From: Octopus vulgaris
Taxonomy: Eukaryota
Reading direction: 5' to 3'
DNA length: 64,000 nt
Assembly (NCBI GenBank): GCA_951406725.2
Contig: OX597826.1
Coordinates: 73,718,001-73,782,000, forward strand
Part shown: one piece after another, positions 62,629 to 64,000 of the stretch
Numbering within the stretch: position 1 is the stretch's first letter
Layout: every line of letters starts with the position of its first letter
The notes under the pieces: model-generated
What the model saw: the letters and a program-made list of their open reading frames with translations, nothing else
The model's database searches: none
What the model was told of the DNA's origin: nothing
Translations under genes and position numbers: made by a program

Positions 62629-62691
<63 letters not shown>

Positions 62692-62696
62692 GTCTA

Positions 62697-62788
<92 letters not shown>

Positions 62789-63040
62789 AACGTGTGTATA
62801 TATATATAGAGAGAGAGAGAGAGAGACAGATAGACAGAGTATACGATTAAAAAATAAGTGTATGTACGTACGTACATGCATGCATACATACATATATACA
62901 CGCACATACATAGATACATACATGCATACATATGTACATATACACACACAGAGATACATAGATACATACATCCATGCATACATACCATCCATCCATCTAT
63001 TCAGCCATACATGCATACATAAAGAAAATGTATGTATGTA
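62611..63040. repeat. Compound microsatellite (TCTA)n/(TCTG)n/(GA)n/(CATA)n; a similar compound tract lies at 51055-51247
   Basis: Direct reading. Confidence 0.95.
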
Positions 63041-64000
63041 AGTCTAAACAAAAAAAGATTCAATGCAATAATAATGTAGAGTATATTATTTATTTATTAG
63101 AAACTGGATATCTTAATTTGTAGAAGTGTTTCAAAATCGTTTCTCTCTCTTTCTTTCTCTCTCTCTCTTTCTCTCTCTTGCACTTTCGCGCGCGCGCACG
63201 AAATTTACACATCAGATAAAGTCCGCCATTGCAACAGGTGAATATTCTTAGTTATTTAGCTTCAAAGCAATACTTATCGAACAGACCTATGATCAAAGGT
63301 TATGCGGCTGCATTATTTTAAGGGGTATCTATATCTAGATTTTTCAATACGTCGTTCTTTATTTTAAAACAGTAGGATATGATTTGAGGGAGATTTAGCA
63401 ACTACAGATAAATAGACAACAATCAAAATGTTAGTCTCGAGAGGAGTTAACAGAATTCGACAAGCTTTAAATCTTTGGCTTTTTGATTATTTTGTCAAAT
63501 GGTAATATTTATTCACATTGATTATCATTAATCACTCATCTCGTAGCTTCGAGATTTCTACGATGTGGTGTGAGAGTCTACATTTGGCCTGTTTGAACAT
63601 AAAACTAAGGTGGAATATTTAGGCTGGATATGGATAGTTTAAATAACAGCCACAATTCCCTACCGTCCTAAAAAGAAGGAAGGACACATTGGATATTGTA
63701 TAGTCTTTGATTCTTGTTCTTCAGTTTAGGTTGGAATGCTTCTGATCACAACTGACCTGGAGCGGTTGAACTAAATTCGATTATTTTCCAGCTTTGCATT
63801 CTAATATGACGATCTTTCCAGCTTAAACAGTTATAACCATTTCATATCGATTAAAATTTTTTAGAGCTGTTAAAAATTACCGTCTCTAATTAGTTTTGAT
63901 TGCCAACTCGACTCGTTCCTGTTAACCTTTTGTCTGTTCTGTATATTACGCGTCCATGCATCATATATGACACACATTCTCAATTTTTTTTTATTCAACC

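Overview
This is AT-rich, repeat-dense eukaryotic genomic DNA. The SINE families, microsatellite load and gene sequence point to a cephalopod, probably Octopus (inference). The only host gene I can support is the 3' half of a Kidins220/ARMS orthologue on the + strand: six coding exons at 2077-14705 with phase-consistent GT-AG junctions. They encode TM helices, the KAP P-loop NTPase C-terminal part, a Pro-rich region, a SAM domain and an acidic tail. The rest is transposon-derived or simple repeat: a young 5'-truncated CR1/L2-group LINE in the last intron, decayed RTE, L2-like and R4/Dong-like LINE pieces, a Merlin transposase relic, piggyBac-, hAT- and mariner-type MITEs, and three abundant tRNA-type SINE families. 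The most unusual signal is a set of short non-coding repeats, mostly sitting in (TA)n tracts, that carry minimal type-I hammerhead-ribozyme motifs (3424, 34545/35218, 35529, 58859). One lies within a near-perfect 270-bp palindrome. These look like Penelope pLTR or retrozyme-like elements. Most short ORFs in the track are repeat or microsatellite artefacts.
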